This document shows, in pieces, positions 1-11,840 of a DNA stretch of 64,000 nt. The stretch lies in contig NW_024704743.1 of NCBI RefSeq assembly GCF_018977255.1, positions 55,306,001 through 55,370,000 of the forward strand, given 5' to 3'. The notes below the pieces were generated by a model, which searched no databases, was not told the origin of the DNA, and was given only the letters and a program-made list of their open reading frames with translations. A program made the translations under genes and the position numbers. Position 1 is the first letter of the stretch, and each line of letters begins with the position of its first letter. This DNA is from Callorhinchus milii (taxonomy: Eukaryota).

Positions 1-822
1 GAGGACATCCCAAGGTGCTGGATAATCAATGCTTCAGACCTGATCTAGGGGTCGGGATCGGGGAGAGTGGAGGGGGGGTGGGAGGAAGGAGGGTGACCGA
101 AGACACGGTTGAAAAGAAGGGTCTTGAGACGGGTCTTGAAAAAGGCAAGGGAGGGGGCAAGGCAGAGGGACTGCGGGAAGCAGTTTCAGAGGATGGGGGC
201 AGAGTGGCAGAAGGCCCACCCACCAATGGTGGGGCAGGCGAGGCAGGGGACATGAAGCAAGCGTGAACCCACTGAGTGGAGGGAACAGGCAGGTTGGTAG
301 TGGCTAGGAGGTCGCAGAGATAGGGGAGAGCAAAGCCATGGAGGGCTTCGAAGGTGAGGACCAGGATCTTGAACTGTATCCTCTGTGTGATGGGAAGCCA
401 GTGGAGTCAGGTGAGGATGGGGTTGATAGGTTTGTGGAGCCTGGAGTGGGAGAGATCATGGGCTGCAGAGTTCTGGATGATCTGCAGCCTATGGAGAGAG
501 AAGTTGGGGAGGCCGACAAGCAAAGAATGTATGTAGTGGAGCCTGGATGTTATCAATGCATATATGAGGGTCTCGGTGGTCTGCGGTGTGAGGCAATGGC
601 AGAGCTGGGCGATGTTGCAGAAGTGGGGGAAGGCAGAGCAGGACATGGCATGAATGTGAGTTAGAAAGGATAGTTGAGCGTCAAACAAGATGCCAAGGTT
701 CTGCACTGGCTTAGTAAGGTGGAGTGTGCATCCTTGGATGGTGATGTTTTCAGTGCCTGAGGTGTGGAGGGGCTGATGGGGCCAATCAGGAGAACCTCGG
801 TCTGGTTGACATTCAACTATAG
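1..822 (-). mobile_element. L2-clade LINE 3' fragment (decayed RT C-terminus and 3' UTR)
   Basis: Minus-strand peptides ([22 protein letters not shown]) homologous to the 595-aa RT ORF at 53234-55021. Confidence 0.85.
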
Positions 823-1229
823 GCATTATATTAAATGTAATAATTATTATTATTATTATGGACAAGTGTCATGATTTGGAAGTATTTGGGCATCCCTAGG
901 AGCAGATTAGATATATGGAAAATCAGGTAATTTTCCATGTGCTCTCGTGAATGGTTACTACCAATGCTTACTATCCCATGCAGCCTAGTTCAAAAGTTCT
1001 ATCTGAGCCTAACAAAGTTTTTAAACGCATGGATGTTTTATGATTTTTGGTGCCCTTCCCACCCCCACGAACTGGTGCCCCCACAAATCATTAACCCCAT
1101 TTTACTTGACAACCCTGAGCCCTTTCGGAAAGTCAGTCCGCCACTGGACATCCCTACTAAACAACAACAAAATTACATTTATATAGTGCCGTTCACGTAT
1201 TATACTGGAGTTGCAGCGTTATAAGGAAA

Positions 1230-1335
1230 TGACAGGAAATGGGACTGAATGGATTGTTTTTTCAAAGAGCCAACATAGACACAATGGGCTGAATGGCGTT
1301 GTTCTGTGCTGTAAATTTCTATGGTTCTATGATTT
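1230..1335 (+). mobile_element. CR1 LINE 3' tail
   Basis: ttcaaagagcc..atgggctgaatggc..ttctgtgctgta followed by a ttctatg repeat, typical of CR1 3' ends; same tail at 16860-17015 and 34620-34700. Confidence 0.7.
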
Positions 1336-1405
1336 CTTCATTTTAACAGATGTCAAAACAGAGACCTGACAACTCATGTGAAAGTCCAACAGTAACTAGC
1401 CTCTC

Positions 1406-1418
1406 CCACTAGAGGGCA
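1406..1418 (+). promoter_or_regulatory. CTCF core motif match
   Basis: CCACTAGAGGGCA, exact match to CCASYAGRKGGCR, in non-repeat sequence. Confidence 0.45.
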
Positions 1419-1459
1419 ATCAATTGTTTACTACTTTTGCCAAAAGCCTAAGACAAAGA

Positions 1460-1860
1460 ATTTGCTTTTTATAGCAATGTTGTCACTTTGAAAGAGTCTC
1501 AGAGCACGTTAGCTTAATTAATGTTAAGCACAAGTGACTTTTTTTATGGGAAAACACAGCAGCATTTTGCATAGAGCAACATCCCCACAAACAGCCATGT
1601 GGTAAATAGCTAATTGATATGAAGGATAATTGGCCAGGACACTGGGAGAAATCTTTTTTTAAATAGTATCATGAGATCTTGACACTATTTGAAAAAAGGC
1701 AGACAGCTTTTAACATCATATCCAAAGGGCGGCTGTGCTCTCCCAGCATTGCATGTGAGTGTCAGCTCTGATTACGAGCTGAAGCCCTGATGTTGGACTT
1801 AAACCCACCTCTTTCTGACCCAGAGGCGAGAGCACAACCAATTGAGCCAAGCTGATACCT
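1460..1860 (-). mobile_element. tRNA-headed SINE with Deu-type central domain (decayed)
   Basis: Reverse strand reads ggctcaattggttgtgctctcgcctctgggtcagaa..; central part matches other copies in the window. Confidence 0.7.
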
Positions 1861-2029
1861 TCAAAGGCATAACATCACAATATAAAACACAGTCTTGTTA
1901 AGAAGCCAAAGGTCCTGAATACTTTAGCATCATCAGTTTTTTCAGCCTTACTCAGCATTTCCTGCCTTGAATCTCTTGATGAAGATGTGCATTAGAAACT
2001 GAGTTCAGGGTCTGAGGGTGCTTTTAGCA

Positions 2030-2410
2030 CCATCCGTGGGATGGAGTTCCAGAGTGTGGGGGCAGAGAGGTTGAAAGCCCGGCCACCGATGGTAGGATGG
2101 GTCGGGCGGAAGACATGGAGCAAGCCGAACCCCGCTGAACGGAGAGAGCGGGCAGGTTGGTAGGGAGTCAGCAGGTCAGAGAGGGGGCAAGGCCATGGAT
2201 GGCCTTGAAAGTGAGGACGAGGATCTTGAAATCGATCCTCTGCGGGATGGGGAGCCAGTGGAGTCGGGCGAGGGTGTGAATGATGGGGTCACTGAACCTG
2301 GTGCGCTAGACTACACGAACTGCAGAGTTTTGGATAATCTGCAGCTTGTGAAGGGAAGAGTTGGGAAGGCCGATGAGGAGGGAGTTTCCGTAGTTGAGCC
2401 TTGATGTGCT
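2030..2410 (-). mobile_element. L2 LINE fragment
   Basis: Homologous to RT C-terminal region of 53340-53750. Confidence 0.85.
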
Positions 2411-3064
2411 AGTTTTTTTTCTAGTTATTCAGATTAACTACTCATACTTGACATGTAATTGTCAGAATGCAAACTGTATAAGAAACGCAGTCTGTACTGC
2501 ATGAAAGCCAGTGACATGCTGTTGACTAAAAATAAGACAATTAAATAGAATAGCAAAACTTACCAAAGCTTGAATGCTGTAAAATGATGGTTAGTGGAAA
2601 TCAATTCTTTTCCTAATTTTCGATGGCTAATTTTGACTTTTTTTTCTAGTTCCATTATTTTTAGTGCTGTTTTCATAGACAAAACTGGCCATTTTTGGGG
2701 ATGTCAGGTTGCCAAGGCCATCACTTCATTTGTCGCGTTTCGCCCACAAAATATACAGTCAATTCACTTTATAGTATATTCTGTGAAGCACTTTGAGACA
2801 TCTCTAAGATGTAATAATGCGCTATATCAACTGCAAGGATTATTATTATTGAAAATACATTTTGGAAGTTTGCAGAAAACAAAAAGATATCGATGTTTAA
2901 CGGTTTAAAGCAATAAATACCAACACCACGTAAAAAATACAAGAACAGGTTTTGACAACCTGCGTCTAATGCTCTCGGGATGTATTTAACCAGGGTGTGT
3001 CCCTCTGGAGAGAAAATATCCATTCTATTCCAAACACGGGAATCTCCATGTGTAGGGAAATTCC

Positions 3065-3340
3065 ATGAAGTGAATGACCAGTTTTATTTGGAGAATTGTT
3101 GTTTATGACACTAAGAAAAACTCCTTTCCCTTTTCGAACAGTGCCATGGGATCTTTAATATCCACCTGAACTGGGCCTCGGTTTAACATCTCATCTGATA
3201 GATGGCACCTCTAGCAATACAGCAAATACCCAGAATTGCTTTGGAGCGTCAGACTAGACTGTGTGCTCAAAATCCTAACAAAGAGCTTGAAACTACAACC
3301 TTCTGACTCAGAGGTGGGAATGCTACCAACTGAGCCAACC
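3065..3340 (-). mobile_element. Deu-domain SINE
   Basis: gtgccatgggatctttaatatccacctgaa..ggcctcggtttaacatctcatc..ggcacctc and tRNA-like head (ccttctgactcagagg..tgctaccaactgagcc). Confidence 0.75.
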
Positions 3341-3349
3341 TAGTTATAA

Positions 3350-3640
3350 TCTCAGTACCCCAGTGTTAGCAGGGTTAGGAGTTCCAACTCCTGATAATTC
3401 TCCAAAGACTCCTGCTGGAATGTGCAAGGATGTGGACAGACTATGAAGCCCCCTCATCCTTCTCTGCTTCACTTAAGCCGCCAACATTCCCGGTAATACT
3501 CATTGCTCATTGGTAAAACTCATACATGAATGATGACCACCTTGGGCAAGTTACCAGAGGTGGCTAGTACCCAAAGAAGCATATCCATTTGTGGAAAGGA
3601 GAGAGGAGTCAAATCACCTCCAAGAGAAGAAGGGGAGAAT
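3350..3640 (+). mobile_element. Old SINE-like repeat, family C (unnamed)
   Basis: Shares blocks (ctcagt.ccc..gttcc.gctcctga..cctgctggaa..) with 5425-5610, 20380-20740(-), 37100-37440 and 45530-45740(-). Confidence 0.5.
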
Positions 3641-5424
3641 ATAGCAAGAAAAAGACAGAAGAAAATATATAACTTATAATCCATCAAGACAAACAAGAGT
3701 AACCAGTATTTTGAGCAATATCCCAGTTTTGCAATAGGTACATTCCCCCTTTGGCTTCCCTCTTGTTTTTGCGCAAATTGGCACATCAAGTGCAGTGCTG
3801 TTATTTGCTTTCAGTTTCCAAGGACAGTGCTGCATTATTTTCCTTCAGTCTAGACATATCACGGTATAAACAGCAATAATTACATGCATTACCTTTCCCA
3901 TCAGAGCATGAATTAAATTAGAGCAAAGTTCTAATTGCCTGAACGCCGGGCCGTTCATGCTCTTTTTTTCCACTGTATATCTGTGACCGTGTCTTTGATC
4001 AAGATCTTTAAATCCCTTATTTTCCTGCTCGGTGTTCACCATTACTTTGTGTCAAGCGCTCTCAGATATTCTACGTGAATGTGAACAGAGATACTCAATG
4101 AATGGCAATGCGTAAATTTATGCTGCTGTTGTTGATCAGAGGGCTTGAGTGCACATCACATTAGTTAACTATGTACATGAGACATCAAGTGCAGAAAAAC
4201 TTTACATAACATGGTAGAATGCAATAATTGGGGTCGGGGGAGGTTCCTCATGTCAGTTATTAAGGACATTAAGAAAAATTACGAACAAAAATACTAACAG
4301 CATTTTTGCTGAAGTCCCGTGCTGCCTGGAGTCTTTAAGATTTAAGTAAGTATTCAGAAAAAGGCAGTTCTAACAGATGCACCAACCAATGCACTACGCC
4401 TATTCATAATATTATAATTCCCTGCATTTGATATAGCCCTTACCACATCATTAAGACGTCTCAAAACGCTTCACAAGAATATATATTGTAAAGTGAATTT
4501 ACTGTATTTTGTGGGTGAAATTCCAGGATTTTAAACCCCCACCACCCCATCACATATTATGTCTTGACAGAAAATCATAGATTTCCAAGGTATTAATAGG
4601 ATTGCTCTCAGGGAATACTGTTAGAATTCCTATTTAGCTGCAGCGAGTATGATGAAGTGGAATTTCTACAATCACCGTAACAAGTTCCAGATACCCTGAA
4701 GGAATTCCCCTTTTGATGACTCAGATTCCTTATTAAGAAATCTTGTTAAGAAATATAATGAATTGATCCCAAGAGAAATGTGCTTAGAAACTTCTATTAT
4801 TCATTTGCAAGGCAAAAACATTGCAAATTCTACTTCTGATGCACAAAACGTAAGTGCTATTGAGCCTCCTCTGTCACTGACCAGTGTAACCTTTCCTGAC
4901 AGGAAGAAAATCATCCCATTGTTGCTTTTGAAGGGAATGTAAAATATTTACAATTAGATATATAAAATTAGATTATTTATCCAAAACAATCAAATTGCAA
5001 TCAAATTTATATCTTCTTCTGCAAAGTTGTTTTTGTAGATTTACCACTGTGGTGGGTGGAAGTGGGAAATATTATAATTAAATGGCTTTAAACAACATGG
5101 AGAGGAGTGCCGTCAACCACTTTCTGCAAAGAAAAATTACAAGAAATACTAATTTGTTCCGATTATGCTATATCGATATAAATAGAAAGAGGTAAATTAT
5201 AAGTGCACATGCATACAGAAAATGTGGGCACTTTCAAGATCCAAAAGGAAATTCTGAATTCAGAGGGTTAATTGTATTAGTCATGCAGATGTTTTGGGTT
5301 TAGCAAAACAATTCAAAGAGCAAAAGTACATGTTTGGTTACAATTACTCATATTCAACATCAAAGTAGCCAGAGGCAATCATATACTAACAATGCATTTT
5401 TGCTTTGTCTCTTTAAAGAGCATT

Positions 5425-5612
5425 GTTGCTCAATTGGTAAATTCACTGTCCAGTGTGAAACTAAACCCCACACCGCAGGAAAGTCCTAGGTTCAATTCCA
5501 GGTCTGTACCGAGTTAGTTATTCATTCCCTGGGCAGTAGTGGGGGCCACAGAATTGCCCTCAACTTTCCTGCAGTAAATAGAGATAAAATCAGTCAAGGT
5601 CCCTACTCCTGT
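5425..5612 (+). mobile_element. Family C SINE 5' part with tRNA-like A/B boxes
   Basis: gctcaattggta (A box) and ggttcaattcc (B box), then body similar to 37170-37270. Confidence 0.5.
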
Positions 5613-8285
5613 TTATCCAATAAGTCCTATTGAAAAATAATAAAAATCTTGCTAATGATGTCTTATCACATTCTTGAGACAACTCAGAAAGTTTCACTAG
5701 ATTCACTGCAGAATGTAGTGACTCTGTACTTTCGTAGGCAAATGCTGAGTGAAGAGAGAACAGGATTAACTTGGTTGTAATGCTCTCCACAGTCAGAAAA
5801 CATTGACTGTCCAGTCTTATCCAGTCTTGACCCCAAAACAAAAGGTCACTTGGACAATGTTCTAGAAACAAGCAGCAGTTCTTTCAGAAAAGAAGGGAAG
5901 AAAAATGTTTCAAAAAGGCGTATTTTTGTTCAGTGACAATTTTTCTAGATTCATAAACAGAGAAGTGGCCATTAAGATGAGTAGTGGTGGTTTGTCAGGT
6001 GAGACAAATGAGGTACAATACCTCACCTAGAATTTCCATGACTCACATCAAGCATTGCAAGACCAGCGAGTGAGGGCTGAGTGAATTGGATGAGTCTGTA
6101 CCGGAGCAAGGCCAGCGGTGAGCGGGACAGGTGAAGGTGCAAAGGCCACAGGAGTAGGGCCAAGATGTTCCGCATGCACAAATGGTCTGTTGCTTTGGTA
6201 ACAAGATAGCTTGGTTAGGCAAACTCATAGATTGTCTAAGGAAGTGTGCCTCACTCATCAAAAAGATCACGAGCCGTTGTGATAAATTTCCACATATGTC
6301 AGACACCCGGCTGACCATACCAATGAGTATGCAGTTACTGGGATAAAATTCCAGGTGGATTTACGTGGATTGCCTTTAGCAACAATGATCACTGGCATTC
6401 CCTTTCTATAATCACATGTCACCGAAGGGTGATGTCAACCAAGATTTCAGCCCATGTGTGTATTTCAATAAATGTTTACACCAAAAATGAGTGTAGATTA
6501 TCTTCCATCATTTAAATAATAACAATAATCCTTGGATTTGATATGGCACCTATAATATCAAGAATAAAATTAGTCACTCATTCCATGGCTGCTTGTGGGA
6601 TATTGCTCTGCTCAGATTGACCACCATGTTCACAAAATAGTCACAGTCACACCACTTTACAGTATATCCTATGAAGCAGCTTGAGATATATTGGCGATGT
6701 GATGAAGTGCTATATCGAATGCAAAGATTATTATTATAATATCACAAAATGCTTCATAGCAAATTGAAGATGTGAAATGATTGTGCATTCGTAGGCAAAT
6801 GCGGAGCCAATACGCATACATCAATGTTCCACTAATAGCCATGAAGTGAATGATTATATTTGGCCAGAGTCCCAGGAGACATTGGCTTCTGTTTTCAAAT
6901 CATGCCATGGGATCTTTAATATCCATCTGAGCAGGCAGACGGGACCCCCGATTAATGTCTTTTCCAAAGGATAAAGATACGGCTTACTGTCTCTGCTAAA
7001 TCTTTTTTTTCCATTGTAACAGGCGGTAAGCCTATGAACATGCAGCCGATACGACAGAGGACAACCTACATGGACTTACCATTTGAAAAAATCCACTCAA
7101 TAATTATTACAATAATAATAATCATCTTTACAACAACAGCTTGCATTTATATGACACCCTTCACCCAGGGAAGTGTCTCTGCGCACTTTACATTAGGTAT
7201 GGCCCCTTTCATATCAGGAGGACATACCAAAGTGTATCACAAGATATACTACAAATTGCAGTGACTGTATTTTGTGGTCAAATGTGGCAGCCAATTTTTA
7301 CACAGCAATGTCTCACAAACAACCATGAAGTGAATGACCAATTTTATTTTGGGGATTGTTGGTCAGGACACCTTCAAATGAAGGGGAAGAATTCAATTTC
7401 CGCATAAATTACATTTGTTCAAAGTTCAATTCATGGATTCAAAAGATCCCTGAATCCAGCATATAAATGCAAAATCTCAGTCTGAGGTATTTACATGTAA
7501 ATAAGAATATAAATACAGAACTGTGAATGTTGTTTAATTAAATCCCTCCACACCCTGAATACTGTTTAGTTGGAACCTTGGAGAGAGAGAGAAATTCAGT
7601 AATACACTAGATATAAGCGCTTCCAACTAACAATGAAATCACATGCACTGCAGCTTGGTCACTATTGCTTAGATATCTGCAGAGAGGCTATGTTCGGTGC
7701 TCATTTGCAAACGCTGAAAAACTACACCGTATTTGCATTGGGTGCAGTTGTTGAAACAGAAAGTCAGTTTGCTCAGATGCTTTGAAGGCACCACTCCTTT
7801 GATATGTATGTGTGTGCATGTGTTTTGGTGTGGTCCTTCCAATAAATATTTCCTTCCAAATATAACTGCAGAAAATCACATTTATAAATATACAAGAAAA
7901 TGGTGGTCTGCAGTTTCTTAAAATATACGTTCTCTTAAAAATACTGCACTTCACCATGTTGCTCACTGAGTTATTGTAATGTTGCCCAAATGGGTGTGTC
8001 TGTTTATCCATGGAGATTTTAATTAGCCTTGCCTCAGGCTTCAAACTGTTTTCTGGTCCTTGTCCTGTCCACAGATCAAAATCCTCACGTGAAACAGATG
8101 ACTAAAACTGAGCCAGAAAAACTTTTCAAAATGCAATTATGATATTTAGTCAGTGTGCAGACACTATGAGCATTCATAACTGCAGGATGCCACTTTCTAG
8201 AGATGAGTGTGAGACATACTGCTGCTTGACGTGAACAACCCATGATTAGTACTCTGATTTTTACAAAATTATAAGTGACCTACAT

Positions 8286-8600
8286 TACACCCAGCAGCCT
8301 TCACACTCCACAGCTCTCTAAAACACTGTACTACACCCAGCAACTAACACACTGCACAGTGTTCTGACACACTATACTACACCCAGGAAACAACATACTT
8401 CACAGAGGTCCTGCACACTGTGCTGTGTGCACCCACATAGCAACCAACGCACTCCAAAGCATTGACAAAGTGCACAATACACCCAGCAACTAACCCATAG
8501 TACAGCACTTTAGCTGACTGCAAACTGCACCCAACAACCACAGCCTCTAACATACAGGATATACACCCAACAATCAACCCACTGCACAGCGACCAATACG
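8286..8600 (+). repeat. Degenerate minisatellite, ~46-bp unit, ~7 copies
   Basis: tacacccagca recurs at 8286 and 8332, tacacccagga at 8378 (46-nt period), with more degenerate copies after. Confidence 0.75.
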
Positions 8601-10616
8601 TAGCACACCGCTGTAAGTCAGTGCAGCACCACCTAATCAAGAAGTCGATGTACCCGTCTTGGTTGCAGCCCCCGACCCGAGCTGCTTTTCTCCCAAAGCT
8701 CCCTAACTGCAGCTCACACGCTCTGTCCTCCTTTCTATCCATCCTCCTCACCTCCTATCCCCACTTGACCGTCCCACAGCCTCCCTCTGCTCCAGCCTGA
8801 GAATCCTCCGTCATATGACATGTTGCCCAAATGGGTGTGTCTGTTTATCCATGTAGACTTTAATTAGCCTTGCCTCGGGCTTCAAACTCCATCCAACGAC
8901 ATCATTGTTGATGAAAACATCGATACTCTCACTGAAACCTGGATCAACCCAGGCGACACTTTACCCCTGGCTGAGGCCACACCACCTGGCTATATTTTTT
9001 ATCATATCCCACATCCTAACTGCCATGGCAGTCATGTGGCTCTTATCTCCAGGTCCTCACTTGCTCTATCCACCTACTCCTCTGGCTCATTCCCCTCCTT
9101 CGAGCACCTTACCCTCTACCATTCCTTCAATCCGTCCCTCAAATTTCTCCTGATTTATTGTCCCCCCAAACCCTCCCCCATCTTCATCTCTGACATCTCT
9201 GCCTTCCTGGCTTCCCTCTGCTTCTGTTCTAAACACCTCCTTATCCTAGGTGACTTCAACCTGCACTTCACCCCCTCTTGCTCTATCTCCACTCCCTTCT
9301 CCTCTCCCCTCACCTCTCATAACCTCTCCCTCCACATCCACTCTGCCATCCACATTCATGACAACCCACTCGACCTGGGGATTATCAGGGCCTAAGTGTC
9401 TCGGACCACACAATTACCAATAAAGCCATCTCAGCTCACCATTTCATCTCGCTTCACACCTCAATTCTTCTCCCATTGCCACCCGACCCACCCCCATCTT
9501 CTACCGATCCAGAAAAAAAATCTCCCGCACTCCCTCTCTGCTGTCCTGGAGTCATCTGAACTCCTCCCCCTTTGGCCTACCTCCCGCACCAACTTATCCT
9601 CCTCGGTCAATTTCCTCCACATCTCCCTCTCCACCATTCTTGATGCTCTTGCCCCCCTCACCACCTGAATGACCTCCTACTCACGCAACTCACCCTGGTA
9701 CACAAGCCACCTCTGCTCACCTAAGGGTCAGGTACCATCAAAAGTACCTGGCTCAAATCTGATTTAATGGTTCACTGGCAGATCTGGCTGGACCACATCA
9801 AAACTTACCGCTCCGCCTTCACTTCCGCTAAATCTTCCTTCTATTCCAAGATAAACTTGGAGGCCAAGGACAACCCCAGGCTTCTCTTCTCCACTAGCAA
9901 CCGGCTCCTCCATCCACCCTTTCACCCCTCGCTCATCCTCTCCTCCAACTGCAATGAGATGCTGGATTTCCTCGAGACCAAAATCAAGGGGATCCGTTCA
10001 GTTGCCTCCGCTTTCCCAATCGCCACCCCTCCCTATCTCTCCCTTACACTCCAGCCCTATCCATCCCCCACTCAACACCTTCGAATTTGTCTTCCCTCTT
10101 TTTTCACCACCACTATAACCTGCATGAATCCCACCACCTACTTCCTCAACACCATCCCTATCCCTATCCTTACCTCCCAGCTCCACCTTCTTGCCCCTGT
10201 ACTCTCAGACCTTGTCTACCTCTCCCTGTCAACTGGCACCATTCCCACACCCCTATAAACAGCTGTCATCACCCCTATCCTAAGAAAAACTTTCCCTGGA
10301 CCCATCCTTGCTCACAAACTACCGCCCCATCTCCAACTTCCTTTTTCTTTCCAAGATCCTTGAAAGTATTGTTGCTTCCCAGCTTCGCTCCTTCCTCTCC
10401 TGCTCCTCCCTTTATGAACCATTGCAAACAGTCCTGGTCAAGGTAACAAATGACATTCTGTCCATCTGTGACCAGGGCTCCCTCTGTTTCATCATCCTCC
10501 TTGACTTCTCTGCACCTTCGAGACTATGGAGCACTCTATCCTCCTCCACCGCCTCTCCTCTCACCTCAACCTCCAAGGTTCTGTCCTTGAATGGTTCAGA
10601 TCCTATCCCTCATGCC

Positions 10617-11300
10617 TGTAAAATTTGCCTGAAAGAGACTTTACCCAATACAGGTGGTGTGAATTACAGATCTTTTAATATCATACACAATTCAAAAGTT
10701 AATGCTTTAACACATGCAATTATTATATTGTCAAGTTACATTGGGCAAGTCTCTGACCACCAGCTGTTCACAATAATTCCAACTATTCCAAAGTTGCAGC
10801 CTCCACCCTTCACAAGCTGCTAGTGCTTTTGAGCAGGCTCTTTTCCCATGGGAAAAGAATTAATAGGAGAAAGCAAGGTAAACAGCTTTTCAGGAGGATT
10901 CTGCCATCTCCCTGTTTCTTAGTCTTGAGATAAGCAGATGTTCACAAGTGCGCTTTTCCCTCTGAGCCCCCTTGTTTTCACATCCATGCTCAAGGACATG
11001 ATTACTCAAATCTTAGATGGGAGGATGACCATAGACCCAGGAACCAAACAAAGCGAAAGTTATCAGAACCTGACCTCAGCCGGGGTCAAGTCAATATATC
11101 TTTACCTTTGCTAACGCAAACTGGCAAATGTACCCTCAAGGGCCCTAAGCCAGTCATTAAAACAAACAACCTTGCCCATGCCCTAGAAACTAAGGAATTC
11201 TCTACTAAAACAACGATAAGTGTTTAGTTACATTCTAAAAAGTATACAAAGACTAATTAAAAATCTTAAAAACAGTAAGCATTACCAATATAATCTTACA
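10617..11300 (-). mobile_element. Candidate solo LTR (684 bp) inserted in L2 RT
   Basis: Splits the L2 between WFRSY and HFVSTN; termini TGTAAAATT...AATCTTACA form an 8/9 inverted repeat; no clean TSD; orientation tentative. Confidence 0.5.
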
Positions 11301-11397
11301 CACTGGGTCCACTTTGTCTCCACAAACAGCTTCTCCTCCAACCCCCACACTGGCTCGTGCAGTGTTCCTCGGGGCTCTATTCTTGGTCCTCTCCTCT

Positions 11398-11840
11398 TCG
11401 AATTCAAGGTCCTCATCCTCACCTACAAGGCCATTCACGGCCTTGCTCCCTCCTACCTCTCTGACCTATTATCCCCCGACCTACCTGCCCATACCCCCCA
11501 TTCCTCTGGCTCCGGTCTGCTCCACATCCCCCGCCCCAACCGCCCTACCATCGGTGGCTGGGCCTCAGCCTGCTCAACCCCTAGGCTCTGGAACTCTATC
11601 CCCCAGTGCCTTCGCCTTGCCTCCTCCCTTTCCTCCTTCAACGCCGGTCTCAAGACCTTTCTCTTTGACCGTGCCTTCAGCTCCCCTTTTGACTCTCTAC
11701 CCCCTCCTCCCTCCCTCCCTTCCCTCCCCTCACCCTGATCATTTCCCCCCTGCTCGGATCCTGACCCAACTGTACAGCGCCTTGGGACGTCCTCCCGACG
11801 TGAAAGGCGCTCTATAAATGGAATCTTGTTGTTGTTGTTG
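11398..11840 (+). mobile_element. Young L2 3' fragment (~440 bp) nested in the older L2
   Basis: High similarity to 49980-50419; (TTG)n tail; host RT resumes with ttcaacctgtacatg. Confidence 0.9.

Noticed and set aside
8286..8600. Regularly spaced repeats resembling a CRISPR array
   Set aside because: Whole units are degenerate copies with no unique spacers; vertebrate context and no cas genes.
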